Below, piece after piece: positions 1-9,236 of a stretch of DNA of 32,000 nt. The position numbers and the translations under genes were made by a program. The stretch covers positions 54,758 through 86,757 of the forward strand of contig NZ_FRAC01000011.1 of assembly GCF_900142215.1 (NCBI RefSeq), read 5' to 3'. This DNA comes from Anaerocolumna jejuensis DSM 15929. Its GTDB lineage: Bacteria; Bacillota; Clostridia; Lachnospirales; Lachnospiraceae. Each line of letters begins with the position of its first letter. Position 1 is the first letter of the stretch. The notes under the pieces were generated by a model. The model saw nothing but the letters and a program-made list of their open reading frames with translations, searched no databases and had not been told where the DNA came from.

Positions 1-1
1 G

Positions 2-625
2 CATGAGCTGGAAATGAAGCTGATAGATTCGGAGTATACCTTTGACAACAATAAGGTATTATTTTACTTTACAGCAGACGGAAGAATTGACTTCAGAGAG
101 CTTGTAAAGGATCTGGCAAGTGTATTTAAGACCCGTATTGAATTAAGACAGATTGGGGTCAGGGATGAAACGAAGGTGGTCGGAGGCATTGGTATCTGCG
201 GAAGACCTCTATGCTGCCATACCCACCTTTCTGAATTTGCTCCGGTGTCCATTAAGATGGCAAAGGAGCAGAACCTTTCTCTGAATCCCACCAAGATTTC
301 GGGAGTATGCGGGCGCCTTATGTGCTGCTTAAAGCATGAGGAGGAAGCTTATGAGGATTTGAACAGCAAACTTCCCAGTGTTGGTGATATGGTTACAACA
401 AGTGAAGGCCTACGGGGTGAAGTGCAGAGCGTCACGGTATTAAAACAGCTGGTAAAGGTAATCGTGACCCTTGAAAACGATGAAAAAGAAGTTCGGGAAT
501 ACAAGGCTTCTACTCTTAAGTTCACAGCGAAAAAACGGAAAGAAAAGGTTGCTCTTGACGAAGAGCTGCGGGTTCTTGAAATGCTTGAGATGAAGGAAGG
601 GAAGTCCCATCTGGATGATGTATAA
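2..625 (+). CDS. yaaT: PSP1-domain protein YaaT/RicT, 5'-truncated by the window edge
   Basis: The frame is open from base 2. The translation carries hallmark PSP1 motifs (FYFTADGRIDFRELVKDL, IELRQIGVRD) and cysteine clusters (GICGRPLCCHTHL, GVCGRLMCCL). Its neighbours match Bacillus (yabB-like MTase, rsmI, abrB). Confidence 0.9.
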   Translation, partial: HELEMKLIDSEYTFDNNKVLFYFTADGRIDFRELVKDLASVFKTRIELRQIGVRDETKVVGGIGICGRPLCCHTHLSEFAPVSIKMAKEQNLSLNPTKISGVCGRLMCCLKHEEEAYEDLNSKLPSVGDMVTTSEGLRGEVQSVTVLKQLVKVIVTLENDEKEVREYKASTLKFTAKKRKEKVALDEELRVLEMLEMKEGKSHLDDV

Positions 626-628
626 GCT

Positions 629-1447
629 ATGAGTGATAAGAATAATACCCCAAGGGAAGATGATTTCACAAGTGAAGTTGGTTCCTTAAGTGAAGATGCT
701 TCTCTAAGTGAAGAAGGTTCCCTTTTACCAGGGGAGAGAATAGATGAGCTGCAGCGTAACGGCTATAAGATCATACAAAACAGTAAAAAGTTCTGCTTTG
801 GCATGGACGCGGTACTTCTTTCGGGCTTTGCGAAAGTAAAAGAGGGAGAAAAGGTGCTGGACCTTGGTACCGGAACGGGAATCATACCGATACTTTTGGA
901 AGCGAAAACCAAGGGGCAGCATTTTACAGGGCTTGAACTGCAGGAAGAAAGTGCCGATATGGCAAGGAGAAGCGTAAGGCTTAATAAGCTGGAACAAAAG
1001 ATATCCATCGTAACGGGAGACATCAAGGAAGCGGGAAATATCTTCGGAGCAGCTTCCTTTCATGTTGTTACCAGCAATCCGCCCTATATGAATAATCTCC
1101 ATGGGCTTAAGAATCCGGACCTGCCAAAGGCCATAGCAAGGCATGAGATATACTGTACGCTGGAAGATGTTATAAGGGAAGGGGCCAGAGTCCTGAAGAC
1201 CGGCGGAAGGTTTTATCTGGTTCACCGGCCTTTCCGGCTGATTGAAATCATCAATACCCTGACTGCCTATAAACTGGAAACCAAGAGGATGAAGATGGTT
1301 CATCCCTTTGTTGATAAAGAACCTAACATGGTATTAATCGAAGCAGTAAAGGGAGGAGGCTCCATGCTAAGTGTGGAACCTCCGCTCATTGTCTACAGGG
1401 AAGTGAACCGCTATACCGATGAAATCTATGACCTTTACGGTTATTAA
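629..1447 (+). CDS. tRNA (adenine-N6)-methyltransferase, YabB/TrmN6(YfiC)-like class I SAM MTase
   Basis: SAM motif I VLDLGTGTGIIP and N6-adenine catalytic motif TSNPPYM are present. The ATG lies 4 nt after the yaaT stop, at the syntenic position of B. subtilis yabB. The N-terminal ~35 aa is a low-complexity extension. Confidence 0.75.
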   Translation: MSDKNNTPREDDFTSEVGSLSEDASLSEEGSLLPGERIDELQRNGYKIIQNSKKFCFGMDAVLLSGFAKVKEGEKVLDLGTGTGIIPILLEAKTKGQHFTGLELQEESADMARRSVRLNKLEQKISIVTGDIKEAGNIFGAASFHVVTSNPPYMNNLHGLKNPDLPKAIARHEIYCTLEDVIREGARVLKTGGRFYLVHRPFRLIEIINTLTAYKLETKRMKMVHPFVDKEPNMVLIEAVKGGGSMLSVEPPLIVYREVNRYTDEIYDLYGY

Positions 1448-1564
1448 ATTCCGGAAGTGAATACAATTTGCAGCAGTCTAGAAATTCCAAATATTCCAGG
1501 CTTTTATATCTGGAAGAGGAAAAAACCAGAATTCAACTGATATAGAAAAGAGGACAAGATAGCC

Positions 1565-2407
1565 ATGGCCGGAACTTTATATCTGTGTGCCACCCCCATA
1601 GGCAATTTGGAAGACATCACATTAAGGGTCCTTCGTACTTTAAAAGAGGTGGATTTGATTGCGGCGGAAGATACAAGGCATAGCATTAAGCTATTGAACC
1701 ATTTTGAAATAAATACGCCCATGACCAGCTATCATGAGTATAATAAGATAGACAAGGGACATTACCTGACAGGACTTTTAAAGGAAGGGAAAAATATAGC
1801 CCTGATTACCGATGCCGGTACTCCGGGGATTTCAGACCCGGGGGAAGAGCTTGTTAAAATGGCCTATGAGGAGGGAATTGCCGTAACCTCCCTTCCGGGG
1901 CCTTCTGCGGTTGTTACCGCGCTTACCCTTTCCGGTCTTCCTACCAGGCGCTTTGCTTTTGAAGCCTTTTTGCCTTCAGATAAGAAGGAAAGGCAGAATA
2001 TATTAAAAGGATTAAAGACGGAGACCAGAACCATCATCATATACGAAGCTCCCCACAGACTGCTGAGGACCTTAAAGGAGCTGGCGGAGAATCTGGGAGA
2101 CAGAAAGGCGACCGTTATAAGAGAACTGACCAAGAAGCATGAAACGGCTTTTCTTACAAGCCTTGCGGAGGCCGTAAGGTATTATGAGGAAGAGGAGCCA
2201 AAGGGTGAATGCGTTTTGGTAATAGATGGCCTGAAGGCTGAAGAATTGGCCGAAAAAGAAAGAGAAAAGTATGCGGACCTGTCTCTTAATGACCATATGA
2301 AGCTCTACCTTGACAAAGGGATGGATAAAAAAGAAGCCATGAAGGCAGTAGCTGCCGACAGAGGTGTTTCCAAGAGAGAGATTTACCAGCAGCTGTTATC
2401 GGAATAA
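1565..2407 (+). CDS. rsmI: 16S rRNA (cytidine1402-2'-O)-methyltransferase RsmI
   Basis: The N-terminus LYLCATPIGNLEDITLRVLRTLKEVDLIAAEDTR and the motif ITDAGTPGISDPG are typical of the RsmI/YabC tetrapyrrole-methylase fold. The gene is syntenic, lying just before abrB. Confidence 0.92.
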   Translation: MAGTLYLCATPIGNLEDITLRVLRTLKEVDLIAAEDTRHSIKLLNHFEINTPMTSYHEYNKIDKGHYLTGLLKEGKNIALITDAGTPGISDPGEELVKMAYEEGIAVTSLPGPSAVVTALTLSGLPTRRFAFEAFLPSDKKERQNILKGLKTETRTIIIYEAPHRLLRTLKELAENLGDRKATVIRELTKKHETAFLTSLAEAVRYYEEEEPKGECVLVIDGLKAEELAEKEREKYADLSLNDHMKLYLDKGMDKKEAMKAVAADRGVSKREIYQQLLSE

Positions 2408-2432
2408 GGAAACGAATTTCAGGCAAAGAATG

Positions 2433-2479
2433 AGCCTGGAGTGAACTGTATGTTGAAAACATATCTCTCCAGGCTTTTC
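2433..2479 (+). terminator. Intrinsic terminator after rsmI
   Basis: The stem GCCTGGAG (2434-2441) pairs with CTCCAGGC (2467-2474). An inner helix ATGTT/AACAT is present and a TTTT run follows (2475-2478). Confidence 0.7.
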
Positions 2480-2491
2480 CTTTGAGCTGTA

Positions 2492-2749
2492 TTATTCGAT
2501 AATACCTACTAATTTTGCAAGCTCCATAATGGATTCTTTAGAAATCTTCTTTCCGTGATAATCGATAAGATTATCTTTGGATCCGTTAAAGATATCAGCA
2601 GGCTCATATTTTCTTAATATGATTCTGTCCTCATCAACAAAGATTTCAAGGGGATCTCTTTCCCCAACTCCAAGTGTTCTTCTGAGCTCGATGGGAAGCG
2701 TTATTCTTCCTAACTCATCAAGCTTTCTAACAATTCCTGTGCTTTTCAT
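2492..2749 (-). CDS. abrB: Transition-state regulator AbrB (SpoVT/AbrB swapped-hairpin domain)
   Basis: MKSTGIVRKLDELGRITLPIELRRTLGVGERDPLEIFVDEDRIILRKYEP is a near-canonical AbrB N-domain. The start is set at ATG 2749, preceded by AGGAGG, because the longer track ORF (to 2791) has no RBS. The gene sits between rsmI and metG as in Bacillus. Confidence 0.9.
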   Translation of the reverse strand: MKSTGIVRKLDELGRITLPIELRRTLGVGERDPLEIFVDEDRIILRKYEPADIFNGSKDNLIDYHGKKISKESIMELAKLVGIIE

Positions 2750-2777
2750 ATATATGTACCTCCTACAATACTTAAAT

Positions 2778-2806
2778 AAAATACCATACAAATATTAGAA
2801 AGTCAA
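2778..2806 (-). promoter_or_regulatory. Candidate sigma-A promoter of abrB (TTGACT-17-TATTTT)
   Basis: The reverse complement reads TTGACT (2806-2801), a 17-nt spacer and TATTTT (2783-2778), about 30 nt upstream of the abrB SD. Confidence 0.4.
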
Positions 2807-3117
2807 TAAATGAAATATAAAATTAAGCAATTATTTAGTATTTTATAGAAATAATTGTAATAAAAGTATTAAAAAGTAACGAAAAATAGCCACGAAAACC
2901 GATAATTTAGTAGTTTAAAGGGGTGATGTGTGCTGAATTTCGCTAATTTTAGATAAAATAAAGCTGGATTCAACAAAATTATCGACTCAAAACGACATAT
3001 ACTCAGAAAGTATTTTATACAGGACCAAGAATTATTTCAGAAACCCGGGAATATAGTATTAGTGAAAGGTTGAAACAGAAAGTTGTGCATAATCGTGCAA
3101 AATTGAAAGGAGTTATT

Positions 3118-3702
3118 ATGCTGAACTATCTTTGGGGATTTATGATAATTATTGGTGTTATCGTGGGGGCTTTAAACGGAAAAATTGATGCGGTAAATGC
3201 AGCTGCCCTATCCTCTGCCAAGGAAGCTATTATATTATGCATTACAATGCTGGGATTTACAGCCCTTTGGACGGGAATTATGCAGGTGGCCAAGACGGCC
3301 GGCATTGTTGACGCTCTGACGAAGGCCATAAATCCTTTGCTGAGGCTTTTATTTCCTGATATTCCGGATAAACATCCGGCCAAGGAATACATAGCATCCA
3401 ATATGATTGCAAATTTTCTGGGCCTTGGCTGGGCAGCCACTCCCATGGGACTTAAGGCAATGCAGGAATTAAAAAAATTAAATAAAGACAAGGAAAGCGC
3501 CAGCTGCGATATGTGTACTTTTTTGATTATTAATATATCGGCCCTTCAGCTGATTCCAGTCAACATTATTGCTTACCGTACACAATATGGCTCTGTAAAC
3601 CCTACGGAAATCCTGGGAGCGGCATTTGTTGCAACCAGTGTTTCAACGGTGGCCGGAATCTTATTCTCCCTGGTTGCAAGAAAGCTGGCAAGAGAAAAAT
3701 AA
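3118..3702 (+). CDS. spmA: Spore maturation protein A (nucleoside-recognition/Gate domain membrane protein)
   Basis: MLNYLWGFMIIIGVIVGALNGKIDAVN... is a SpmA-like polytopic protein. The start is chosen at ATG 3118 after AAAGGAG. The gene is followed by spmB. Confidence 0.8.
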   Translation: MLNYLWGFMIIIGVIVGALNGKIDAVNAAALSSAKEAIILCITMLGFTALWTGIMQVAKTAGIVDALTKAINPLLRLLFPDIPDKHPAKEYIASNMIANFLGLGWAATPMGLKAMQELKKLNKDKESASCDMCTFLIINISALQLIPVNIIAYRTQYGSVNPTEILGAAFVATSVSTVAGILFSLVARKLAREK

Positions 3703-3801
3703 GAAGGATAAAGGTGAAGGAAAATTCAGAAGGAAGGATGCCAAAAGCTTCTTTCACAAACAGTGGCAGGATTGCAATAAGGCAGTCCATGGAAACGATT
3801 T

Positions 3802-4329
3802 TTGAAGTTTATCTTATATATATCCGATTATTTAATGCCCTTTGTCATATTTTACATAGTTGGAATCGGCTTATTAATGAAAACTCCGGTTTTTCAGGAA
3901 TTTACGAAGGGGGCGGAGGATGGTTTTAAGGTAGTCTTAAATATTATGCCCACATTGGTAGGCCTAATGGTGGCAATTGGCATTATGAGGGCTTCCGGGG
4001 TTTTGGATTTGCTGACCGGTGCCCTGAAGCCTCTTACAAATCTGCTGCATTTTCCTTCGGAGCTGGTGCCCCTTGTTACGGTCAGGCTGTTTTCGGCCTC
4101 TGCCGCCACCAGCCTTGTTCTGGATATCTTTAAGCAATTCGGACCAGACTCCTATATCGGAAGGCTTACTTCTATTATAATGAGCTGCACGGAAACAATC
4201 TTTTATACGATGAGTGTATATTTTATGACAGCAGGTGTTAAGAAAACAAGATATACCCTGACAGGTGCGCTATTTGCAACGATAGCTGGTATCGTTGCCA
4301 GTGTATTTCTGACAAATATTCTGTTTTAA
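3802..4329 (+). CDS. spmB: Spore maturation protein B
   Basis: This is a SpmB-like membrane protein (ISDYLMPFVIFYIVGIGLLMKTPVFQEFTKGAEDGFKV...). The frame opens at 3781, and the first start is TTG 3802, with ATG 3835 as an alternative. The RBS is weak, so the start is uncertain. Confidence 0.75.
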   Translation: MKFILYISDYLMPFVIFYIVGIGLLMKTPVFQEFTKGAEDGFKVVLNIMPTLVGLMVAIGIMRASGVLDLLTGALKPLTNLLHFPSELVPLVTVRLFSASAATSLVLDIFKQFGPDSYIGRLTSIIMSCTETIFYTMSVYFMTAGVKKTRYTLTGALFATIAGIVASVFLTNILF

Positions 4330-4362
4330 TGCAAAAAGTTAATTATATATTGTTGTGAGAGA

Positions 4363-4391
4363 TTGACACAAAATCCCATAGGGATTATAAT
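4363..4391 (+). promoter_or_regulatory. Consensus sigma-A promoter of the ABC-2 operon (TTGACA-17-TATAAT)
   Basis: TTGACA lies at 4363-4368, followed by an exact 17-nt spacer and TATAAT at 4386-4391. Both hexamers are perfect. The promoter sits ~200 nt upstream of the ATPase start. Confidence 0.75.
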
Positions 4392-4593
4392 ATAAGTCCT
4401 TTCGCAAAGTTCGTACTACCACCCCCTTTCTGGCAAAATCCAGGAAGGATAGCTTGGCAAGATATGGAAATTTGATTCGTTTATGGATCTGTCCGGGAAG
4501 CAGCAATTCGTTGTGTATGTGAATATGCCTGTTTGCGGATATGCCCTCTGATGATGAAAGATGTGAAATATTACTACCAGGAGGAAATTGAAT

Positions 4594-5598
4594 ATGATTG
4601 AGGTAACGGGAGTTACTAAGACCTTTAAGGTCGCAAGGCGCAGCGCAGGCTTAGGGGAAGCCCTAAAGTCCTTTGTGCACCGCCAGTATCAGGAGGTAAG
4701 GGCACTGGATGATATCTCTTTTACCATAGGTGATGGTGAAATGGTGGGGTACATCGGTCCCAACGGTGCCGGAAAGAGCAGCACCATAAAGATTCTAAGC
4801 GGTATACTGACTCCCGATGGGGGGAACTGCCTGATTAACGGCAGAGTGCCCTGGAAGGAAAGAGTGGAGCATGTAAAGGATATCGGAGTTGTGTTCGGGC
4901 AGCGTTCCCAGCTCTGGTGGGATGTGCCCATACTGGATTCCTATGAGCTGATTCGGGATATTTACCGGGTAAAGGAGACAGACTACAGAAAAAAGCTGGA
5001 AGAGCTTACGGAATTATTGGATTTAAGTGAGATTCTGAAGACACCGGCCAGACAGCTTTCCCTGGGACAGAGGATGCGGTGTGAAATCGGAGCTTCCCTT
5101 TTGCACAGCCCCAAAATCCTTTTTCTGGACGAACCTACCATCGGACTGGATGCCGTATCCAAAATAGCTGTCAGAAACTTTATTCTGGAGCTGAACAGGC
5201 AGCATGGAACCACCGTTATTCTTACTACCCACGATATGCAGGATATCGAGGCCCTTACACAGAGGATTCTTCTGATCGGCAAGGGAAAGATTCTACTGGA
5301 TGGAAGGCTTGACGAGGTAAAGGACAGGTTCTCCCGGGTAAAGCAGCTGACAGTCCAGTATACCGGGGCAGTACCGGTCATGACAGCGGGAATGGATATA
5401 GCCTCTGGTGATAAGCCGGACAGGGACTATGGGCTCTCAGGACAGGGAATCCTCCATGTCCAGGTGAATACGGAGGTGCTAAAGGTATCGGAGGCCATAT
5501 CCTGCCTGTCCTCCCAGACGGAAATAACGGATATTTCAGTGGCAGGAGCTTCCCTGGATGATGTGGTCGTAGGGCTTTACAAGCAATACGAAATATAG
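4594..5598 (+). CDS. ABC transporter ATP-binding protein (COG4586-like, ABC-2 type system)
   Basis: The protein has Walker A GPNGAGKSST, signature LSLGQRMR and Walker B ILFLDEPTIGLD, plus a ~90-aa C-terminal extension. The start is ATG 4594, 9 nt after AGGAGG; TTG 4588 in the track is too close to the SD. Confidence 0.88.
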   Translation: MIEVTGVTKTFKVARRSAGLGEALKSFVHRQYQEVRALDDISFTIGDGEMVGYIGPNGAGKSSTIKILSGILTPDGGNCLINGRVPWKERVEHVKDIGVVFGQRSQLWWDVPILDSYELIRDIYRVKETDYRKKLEELTELLDLSEILKTPARQLSLGQRMRCEIGASLLHSPKILFLDEPTIGLDAVSKIAVRNFILELNRQHGTTVILTTHDMQDIEALTQRILLIGKGKILLDGRLDEVKDRFSRVKQLTVQYTGAVPVMTAGMDIASGDKPDRDYGLSGQGILHVQVNTEVLKVSEAISCLSSQTEITDISVAGASLDDVVVGLYKQYEI

Positions 5599-5611
5599 GG
5601 AGGTGTCTGGC

Positions 5612-6412
5612 TTGAAATATCTTTCCTTTTTTCGTATACGGTTTACTAATGGGCTACAGTACCGGGCGGCGGCTCTGGCGGGCATCATGACCCAGTTTGC
5701 CTGGGGAGCATTGGAAATACTGATGTTCAAGGCTTTTTACGACTATGATAAAACAGCCTTCCCCATGGAATTCTCTGCCCTTGCTTCGTATATATGGCTG
5801 CAGCAGGCACTGTTATCCCTGTACATGGTATGGTTTTATGAAAATGAACTCTTTGACCTGATAACCAGCGGAAACGTGGCATATGAGCTGTGCCGGCCCA
5901 TAAATGTCTATGACATGTGGTTCGTAAGAAATATGGCCTCCAGGTTGTCTAAGGCGGTACTGCGCGCTTTTCCCATATTACTGGTGGCAGCTTTTTTACC
6001 AAAGCCTTACGGCCTGTCACTGCCGGAGGATACCGGGGCAGCCCTTTGGTTCCTGCTGTCCCTGTTCCTGGCCTTTTTAGTGGTAATCTCTTTTTGCATG
6101 CTGGTGTATATCACCTGCTTTTATACCATATCGTCCCTTGGGGTGCGTCTGGTGGCAGCGGCGCTGTCGGAGTTTCTGACGGGAGCCGTTATACCTCTGC
6201 CGTTCTTTCCTGAAAAGGTAGAACGGGTGGTAAATTACCTTCCCTTTGCTTCCATGCAGAACCTCCCTCTGCGGATTTACGGCGGAAATGTCTCCGGTGT
6301 AAAGCTTTATGAAGGCATTCTGTTACAGCTGTTCTGGTGTGCGGTATTAATCGCCTGGGGCAAATGGCTGATGAACAGGTCCTTATGTAAGGTCACGGTA
6401 CAGGGAGGATGA
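5612..6412 (+). CDS. ABC-2 family permease (COG4587-like)
   Basis: This polytopic hydrophobic protein lies immediately after the ATPase. GGGAGG at 5598-5603 favours TTG 5612, with GTG 5603 as an alternative. Confidence 0.75.
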   Translation: MKYLSFFRIRFTNGLQYRAAALAGIMTQFAWGALEILMFKAFYDYDKTAFPMEFSALASYIWLQQALLSLYMVWFYENELFDLITSGNVAYELCRPINVYDMWFVRNMASRLSKAVLRAFPILLVAAFLPKPYGLSLPEDTGAALWFLLSLFLAFLVVISFCMLVYITCFYTISSLGVRLVAAALSEFLTGAVIPLPFFPEKVERVVNYLPFASMQNLPLRIYGGNVSGVKLYEGILLQLFWCAVLIAWGKWLMNRSLCKVTVQGG

Positions 6413-6450
6413 GGAGAAGAGATGGACAGGTATTGCAGAAAGGAGAATTT

Positions 6451-7227
6451 ATGGGCTTGTATTTAAAATATTTTTCCATTCAGCTAAGAAGTACCATGGA
6501 ATATAAAACCTCCTTTATTCTGACGGCCATGGGACAATTTCTGGCATCCTTTAATGTGTTTCTTGGAATATTATTTATGTTCCAGCGGTTTCATGAAGTA
6601 AAGGGCTTTACTTTCAGTGAAATACTGTTGTGCTTTTCCATTGTTTTGATGCAGTTTTCACTGGCTGAATGCTTTGCAAGAGGCTTTGACGGATTTGCTT
6701 CCGTTCTTTCCAACGGCACCTTTGACAGAATAATGGTCAGACCCCGAAATGAGATTCTCCAGGTACTTGGCAGCAGGATAGAGCTTACCAGGATAGGGCG
6801 TATGCTTCAGGCAATCCTTATGCTTATTTATGGCATTGCGAAAAGTGAAGTTGCCTGGAACCCTTTCAGGGTGCTTACGGTAGTCTTTATGCTGGTCGGC
6901 GGAACGGCGGTATTCGCCGGTATCTTTTTAATTTATGCGGCCTTTTGCTTTTTTACACTGGAGGGCCTTGAGTTTATGAATATCCTGACAGATGGGGCAA
7001 GGGAGCATGGGAAGTACCCCATCAGTATTTATGGCAGGAAGGTGCTTTTGTTTTGTACCTTTGTGGTGCCGTATGCCCTGATACAGTATTATCCCCTGTT
7101 ATATCTGTTGGGAAAGAGTGAGCGGAGCTGGTATATGGGTCTGCCCCTTCTGGCCAGTTTGTTTTTAGTGCCCTGCTATCTCTTTTGGAGGTTTGGAATC
7201 AGGCATTATAAATCAACAGGGTCGTAA
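6451..7227 (+). CDS. ABC-2 family permease (COG3694-like)
   Basis: This is the second polytopic membrane protein of the operon. The start is ATG 6451 after AAAGGAG; the N-terminal extension in the track has no RBS. Confidence 0.75.
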   Translation: MGLYLKYFSIQLRSTMEYKTSFILTAMGQFLASFNVFLGILFMFQRFHEVKGFTFSEILLCFSIVLMQFSLAECFARGFDGFASVLSNGTFDRIMVRPRNEILQVLGSRIELTRIGRMLQAILMLIYGIAKSEVAWNPFRVLTVVFMLVGGTAVFAGIFLIYAAFCFFTLEGLEFMNILTDGAREHGKYPISIYGRKVLLFCTFVVPYALIQYYPLLYLLGKSERSWYMGLPLLASLFLVPCYLFWRFGIRHYKSTGS

Positions 7228-7297
7228 TAGGGCGTCCGGTGAATAACACAGCTAACCAGCAATATTAAGTTGATTTTTAATTAGTTTTCAGCAAATA

Positions 7298-7350
7298 AAA
7301 GAAGTTCCGGGACTTATATCGGCTAACCAAATAAGTCCCGGAACTTCTTT
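7298..7350. terminator. Bidirectional terminator hairpin between convergent genes
   Basis: A perfect 20-bp stem forms between AAAGAAGTTCCGGGACTTAT (7298-7317) and ATAAGTCCCGGAACTTCTTT (7331-7350). Both sides are flanked by A/T runs. Confidence 0.8.
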
Positions 7351-7403
7351 GTGCAGGTTTCATGGGTGTTATGCTATATTAGGTACATGTGCTGCCGTTG
7401 GGT

Positions 7404-9155
7404 CTACTTCTGTGCTTTCAGCCATCCATCCATCCGGTCATTGATAATATCAAACTGGGCAGGTCCTATATCCAGGACAAATTTGTGGAAGTCCTTTAAA
7501 TTAAAATCATCACCCAGGGCATTTTCGGCCTTGTTCCGCATTGCCATAAATTCCAGATATCCAATGCCGTACTCCGGGTAAAGGGCCGGTTCTTCTACCA
7601 TGGTGGAGAATAGAACCTTGGCAGTGGATTTATCCGTAATACCAAAGTGCTGGAGATAGGAGGCAGTCTGCGCCACCGTCCAGCCTTCATAATTGATTCC
7701 CAAATCCAGGCGGCAGTACAGAGCCATATTGGCTGCCATGCTGTGGTCAAGGAATGAGGCCTGTGATTCCGGAAAGCCTGCCAGATGATAGGAGTAGAAC
7801 TCCACATAGGTAGCCCAGCCCTCCGCATACCCGCCAAAGCTTAAGAGGCTTCGTATAGGGGATGGATTGGTATTTCTGAAATATACGGACTGGTAGAGAT
7901 GTCCCGGATAACCTTCGTGGGCAAGGGTATTAAATATCTGCTGATTCTTATAGTCCGGATTCTCATTGATATAAATAACATTATTCTTATAGTTGTCAAT
8001 GGCAGGCACCAGATACATAGCAGGACTTAAATATTCCTGCAGAGATTTATGTACATATTTTACGGTAAAATTCACGTTGGGACAGGGAGGAAAATCCTCG
8101 TTTACAGCACTTCTTAAATACTCCAGAATCTCCTTTGGCTTTGAAAGGGGATAGGATACGCTGGAGGCCTCCTGATAGATTTTGGAATCCTTTTTCGCCA
8201 GTGCATTTAAGTCTTTTAAATTGCTGAGAATGGAGCTGTCTAGCATCTTAATAAGTTCTTCCGGTGAGCGGTTCGTACCGGTATTGGAAGCCAAAAGATA
8301 ACGGTAGTATGCCTTTCCGTTAGGAAGGCCTGCAAGGCCGCCGTCATTTGTTCCTGTTCCCTTCAGGCTGTTCAAGGTGTCGATTAAGAGCTGGTAGGCG
8401 GGTATTACATTGTTTAGCACTGCTTTTTTATTGGTTTTTTCATAAGCTTTGATTTCTTTTTTTGTAAGACCGTCATAGGAGGATACCTTATCATTAAATA
8501 CCTCAATCAGGTAGTTGTTATCCTTATCGGCAACGAAGGCCTCACACTGGGCTAAGATACTGTCTGCAACCGTATCGCTCATAAAAAGGCCCGCATTGGA
8601 TTTTTGCTTTTCAAACTGGCAGATTTCCTTAAAATAACGGGATATGTCAGGAAGAAGCTTTAAGTAAGTCTCAATGTCCTCTTTGGTATAAAAATTATAT
8701 TCGGCAAGAAGGACGGGAAGCTGTGCCTGAAGACCGGTGGTGGGGCCAAGGATTTCATTATACAGCGGAAATTTGCCGCTTGTAAGCTGAAGGGTCCAAA
8801 GCTTCTTTAATATATCATAAGTCAGCTTCTGGCTGTCATTTAAACCGCGATAGGAAAAGCCTTTTAAGGCGGCAAGGTAATTCTCAGCCGCTAAGAGGGA
8901 ATCCTTCTTTTCACTTATGGAATAATGGCCGAAGGTGACAGGAGACTTGGTAATTCCGTAATTCTTAGGATTAGCCAGGGAGAAGTTAAGGGTAAGGGTG
9001 TCCTGGGTTACCTCCTTTTTAAAAACCTCATTGGTAAAGCTGTCAAAGTCCTTGCGTGTGGTTTCTGTATTTACTTTCTTTTCGCAGCCTGCCGCCATCA
9101 GCATAATCAAAAGCAGGGAAAAGAAGACCAGAAAGAGCTTTCTGCATTTTTTCAT
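7404..9155 (-). CDS. DUF885-family lipoprotein (putative metallopeptidase-like)
   Basis: It has a lipoprotein signal peptide MKKCRKLFLVFFSLLLIMLMAAGC with a lipobox Cys, and the DUF885-typical HEGYPGHLYQ motif. The start is set at ATG 9155 (RBS GGAAGG) rather than the track's 9302. Confidence 0.75.
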   Translation of the reverse strand: MKKCRKLFLVFFSLLLIMLMAAGCEKKVNTETTRKDFDSFTNEVFKKEVTQDTLTLNFSLANPKNYGITKSPVTFGHYSISEKKDSLLAAENYLAALKGFSYRGLNDSQKLTYDILKKLWTLQLTSGKFPLYNEILGPTTGLQAQLPVLLAEYNFYTKEDIETYLKLLPDISRYFKEICQFEKQKSNAGLFMSDTVADSILAQCEAFVADKDNNYLIEVFNDKVSSYDGLTKKEIKAYEKTNKKAVLNNVIPAYQLLIDTLNSLKGTGTNDGGLAGLPNGKAYYRYLLASNTGTNRSPEELIKMLDSSILSNLKDLNALAKKDSKIYQEASSVSYPLSKPKEILEYLRSAVNEDFPPCPNVNFTVKYVHKSLQEYLSPAMYLVPAIDNYKNNVIYINENPDYKNQQIFNTLAHEGYPGHLYQSVYFRNTNPSPIRSLLSFGGYAEGWATYVEFYSYHLAGFPESQASFLDHSMAANMALYCRLDLGINYEGWTVAQTASYLQHFGITDKSTAKVLFSTMVEEPALYPEYGIGYLEFMAMRNKAENALGDDFNLKDFHKFVLDIGPAQFDIINDRMDGWLKAQK

Positions 9156-9207
9156 AAATTCATACCTTCCTTTGGGCAAATAGGAGCCGTTAGAAACACC
9201 TATATGC

Positions 9208-9236
9208 AACATATAAGGTTTCTGGCAGTTTGTCAA
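9208..9236 (-). promoter_or_regulatory. Candidate promoter of the DUF885 gene (TTGACA-17-TATGTT)
   Basis: The reverse complement reads TTGACA (9236-9231), a 17-nt spacer and TATGTT (9213-9208). Confidence 0.5.

Noticed and set aside
2981-2997. Tandem Spo0A-box-like sequences ATCGACT / AACGACA spaced 10 bp apart in the abrB-spmA intergenic region
   Set aside because: Each has 2 mismatches to TTCGACA. They lie about 180 bp upstream of the best abrB promoter candidate, whereas the B. subtilis abrB 0A boxes are just downstream of the promoter. The match is too weak to call.
4483-4551. 22-codon ORF (MDLSGKQQFVVYVNMPVCGYAL) in the ABC-2 leader as a possible leader peptide
   Set aside because: No Shine-Dalgarno sequence precedes it, and there is no obvious link to a terminator or antiterminator.
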